Shown here: one piece after another, positions 61,886-64,000 of the stretch
How positions within the stretch are numbered: position 1 is the stretch's first letter
Layout: every line of letters begins with the position of its first letter
Origin: Bacteroidales bacterium
GTDB lineage: Bacteria > Bacteroidota > Bacteroidia > Bacteroidales > UBA10428
DNA length: 64,000 bases
Assembly: GCA_016934395.1 (NCBI GenBank)
Contig: JAFGSZ010000080.1
Location: 33,692-97,691, forward strand
Reading direction: 5' to 3'
Translations under genes and position numbers: made by a program
Notes under the pieces: generated by a model
The model's input: only the letters and a program-made list of their open reading frames with translations
The model's database searches: none
Told to the model about the DNA's origin: nothing

Positions 61886-63637
61886 ATGAAAATTTTTAGC
61901 CGATTCAGTTTATTCGTATTACTTCTGGCAATTTTTACACTTTTGCCAGAGATCCAGCAATCTGTTTATGCATCAAATACAATGCTGTTAGTTCAGCAGC
62001 AGAGCGATAAAGATGCCAGATATAAAGAACATTTGCGAAAAGGTGATGAATTTTATAAAATGAAAAAATTTTCATCTGCGATGATAGAATATGAAAAAGC
62101 TTCAGATTTAAAACCTGATGAAGAAGAACCCAAACTGAAAATGCAATCAATTGAAGCCACACTTGGCATTCGGGAGCTTGAAGAATTAAGGCGTAAAATA
62201 ACTGAAGAAAAAAGACTTGAAAAAGAACGGCTTGCAAAAAAAGAGGATAAGTCTGTTAAACCTGTTGTAAAATCCGAAGATTTTGAATCCTTTTTATCCG
62301 ATAAGGTTGCCACTTCTCGACTTGACAGTATTCGTAAAGCTATCTTTGAACGGTTTGCCGATACCTTGCGTGTTGTTGAAAGCGGAACCGATAAAATAGC
62401 AAAATCTGTGGTGTACACCCAAATTGCAGAAGCGTTTTCGGAGGCCGGAGATGATGAAATGTCTTTAAAATATTACCAGAAATCCTTACAAATAGAGGTA
62501 GAATACGGTTATTTTGAAAAAGCCTCGAATATTTATGATGGTATGGCCAATGTGTATTATGTTAAAGGTGATTTCGATAAGTCTATTGATACTTATGAAA
62601 AATCAATTGATTTAAAAGAAAAAACAGGTGATAAAAAAGGTGCATCTGACGGGTATTCAAATATTGGTGTTGTATACGAAACTACCTATGACTATGATAA
62701 TGCCATTGAGAATTACGAAAAATCTGCAGAAATAAAAACAAGCATTGATGATAAAGAAGGATTGCAAAAGGTAATGGACAATCTGGGAAATGTTTACTAC
62801 AAGCAAAAAGTCCTTGAAAGTTCCATTTTGTCATATAAAAAATCTGTTGACATTTTAGAGGAGCTGAATTCAACAGAAAGTCTTGGTCCTATTTATAATA
62901 AACTTGGTTTAGCTCATTACGAAAAGGGAAATTATGATGAAGCTGAAAAGTTTTTTAATGAATCTTCAAAGTTATTGCACGAAGCAGGTAATGAAAAAGA
63001 AGTGGCAATGACACAAAATAACCTGGGTAACCTGTATTACATCAAAAACAGATTCGAAAAGGCCATTGATTATTACGAAAAGTCATTAAGCCTTAAAAGT
63101 CAGGAAAAATATGATTACGGGCGATCTATTACCTTATTTAATCTGGGCAATGCTTACCGGCGAACAGGTGATTATACAAAAGCAACGGAGTATTATGAAG
63201 AGAGTAAGAAAATTGCAGATAAGCTTAACTTGGCCGAACTTTCAGCCAAAAACTTAAAGGCACTTGATAAAGTGTATACAGAAACAAAGGATGAAGAAAA
63301 ACTGTTTGCCCTGCGAGATGAACTTAGTAATACCGACCTGGTATTTGTGAGTATTGAAATTCCGGTATCTGAAAATGAGATGGATTTTGAGATTGATAAA
63401 ACCCAAAAGGCCATGAAACTGCTGAATGATGAGGCCTTAAACAGAAGACAATCCCAGCTTAGGGCTGCAGAACAGGTTTCTGCCGATTTATTAATCAACA
63501 ATCTCAATAAACAATATTCTCAGGAACAACAAAAGAATAAAAAATTTGTAATTCTAAGCATCGCTTTAGGCTCTGTATTGGTGATATTACTCTTGCTGTT
63601 TATATTCCGCTCCTCAAAAAAGCGAAAAAAAGTCTAG
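61886..63637 (+). CDS. Exported TPR-repeat protein with C-terminal membrane anchor
   Basis: Signal peptide; multiple TPRs (e.g. NNLGNLYYIKNRFEKAIDYYEKSL); C-terminal TM FVILSIALGSVLVILLLLFIF followed by RSSKKRKKV stop. Confidence 0.88.
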   Translation: MKIFSRFSLFVLLLAIFTLLPEIQQSVYASNTMLLVQQQSDKDARYKEHLRKGDEFYKMKKFSSAMIEYEKASDLKPDEEEPKLKMQSIEATLGIRELEELRRKITEEKRLEKERLAKKEDKSVKPVVKSEDFESFLSDKVATSRLDSIRKAIFERFADTLRVVESGTDKIAKSVVYTQIAEAFSEAGDDEMSLKYYQKSLQIEVEYGYFEKASNIYDGMANVYYVKGDFDKSIDTYEKSIDLKEKTGDKKGASDGYSNIGVVYETTYDYDNAIENYEKSAEIKTSIDDKEGLQKVMDNLGNVYYKQKVLESSILSYKKSVDILEELNSTESLGPIYNKLGLAHYEKGNYDEAEKFFNESSKLLHEAGNEKEVAMTQNNLGNLYYIKNRFEKAIDYYEKSLSLKSQEKYDYGRSITLFNLGNAYRRTGDYTKATEYYEESKKIADKLNLAELSAKNLKALDKVYTETKDEEKLFALRDELSNTDLVFVSIEIPVSENEMDFEIDKTQKAMKLLNDEALNRRQSQLRAAEQVSADLLINNLNKQYSQEQQKNKKFVILSIALGSVLVILLLLFIFRSSKKRKKV

Positions 63638-63999
63638 GGGTTTTTTTGTTCACCAACCGGATTACCAACTATCGGTAATCTACCCGACAGAGGTTTTAGT
63701 GTATGTCCGATTTCGATTTCGTTAAAAAGAAATGCATCCGGTCCGGTAACGGTTACCGGTACGCCTCCTGTAAAATAATTAACAGAGTTCCCTGCTTGTA
63801 CAGATGTTTGATTTCCATTTAACATTAAATTATAGGACATTTGACGATTTGAAGAAAAAACAGATTTCCGTAATACATTTTCAGGTATTGACTTAATAAA
63901 GGCTGATTGAATCAGGGTTTCCTTACCTGATTTAAGGTCAGCTTTATATATGTTCACAGGAAATTGGTTTTCAGATTTTTTTAAGGGTCTGATTATTAT
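63634..63999 (-). CDS. C-terminal part of a probable TldD/PmbA-related protein (5'-partial)
   Basis: Frame is open to the window edge (IIIRPLKKSENQFPVNIYK...). PVNIYK..GKETLI and GVPVTVTGPDAFLFNEIEI resemble TldD-family C-termini. Confidence 0.55.
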   Translation of the reverse strand: MIIRPLKKSENQFPVNIYKADLKSGKETLIQSAFIKSIPENVLRKSVFSSNRQMSYNLMLNGNQTSVQAGNSVNYFTGGVPVTVTGPDAFLFNEIEIGHTLKPLSGRLPIVGNPVGEQKNP

Positions 64000-64000
64000 A

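Noticed and set aside
1-64000. CRISPR arrays, IS elements, prophage, defence islands
   Set aside because: No regularly spaced direct repeats, or transposase, integrase, phage structural or known defence motifs, were seen by eye.

Overview
AT-rich bacterial chromosomal segment with Bacteroidota hallmarks: TAnnTTTG -7 promoter boxes, TonB-dependent receptor plus DUF4249-type lipoprotein, and typical gene orders. It is most likely from an anaerobic Bacteroidales/Marinilabiliales-type organism (inference). The window is mostly core genome: gpsA-pgi, purH-mreBCD-mrdA-rodA, rsmA-mgtE, recQ, tatC-lptB, tRNA-Leu(TAG)-tig-clpP-clpX and a complete trpEGDCFBA operon. The trp operon is preceded by an unannotated 19-aa WWWW leader peptide with terminator and antiterminator. 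No CRISPR array, transposase, integrase or prophage was seen. The best candidates for undescribed biology are: (1) a two-gene pair, a membrane HAMP-GAF sensor and a sensory-type [FeFe]-hydrogenase-like protein, both lacking an output domain and ending in similar coiled-coil tails; (2) an acidic surface lipoprotein with a Tyr/Ser-rich insert, separated by two hairpins from a TonB-dependent receptor and a DUF4249-like lipoprotein; (3) a free-standing NUMOD4/HNH protein with a degenerate active site; (4) a DoxX + 2x Gfo/Idh/MocA + DUF1080 glycoside-oxidation cluster whose candidate lyase lies about 30 kb away. All product calls come from motif recognition by eye; no database searches were run.
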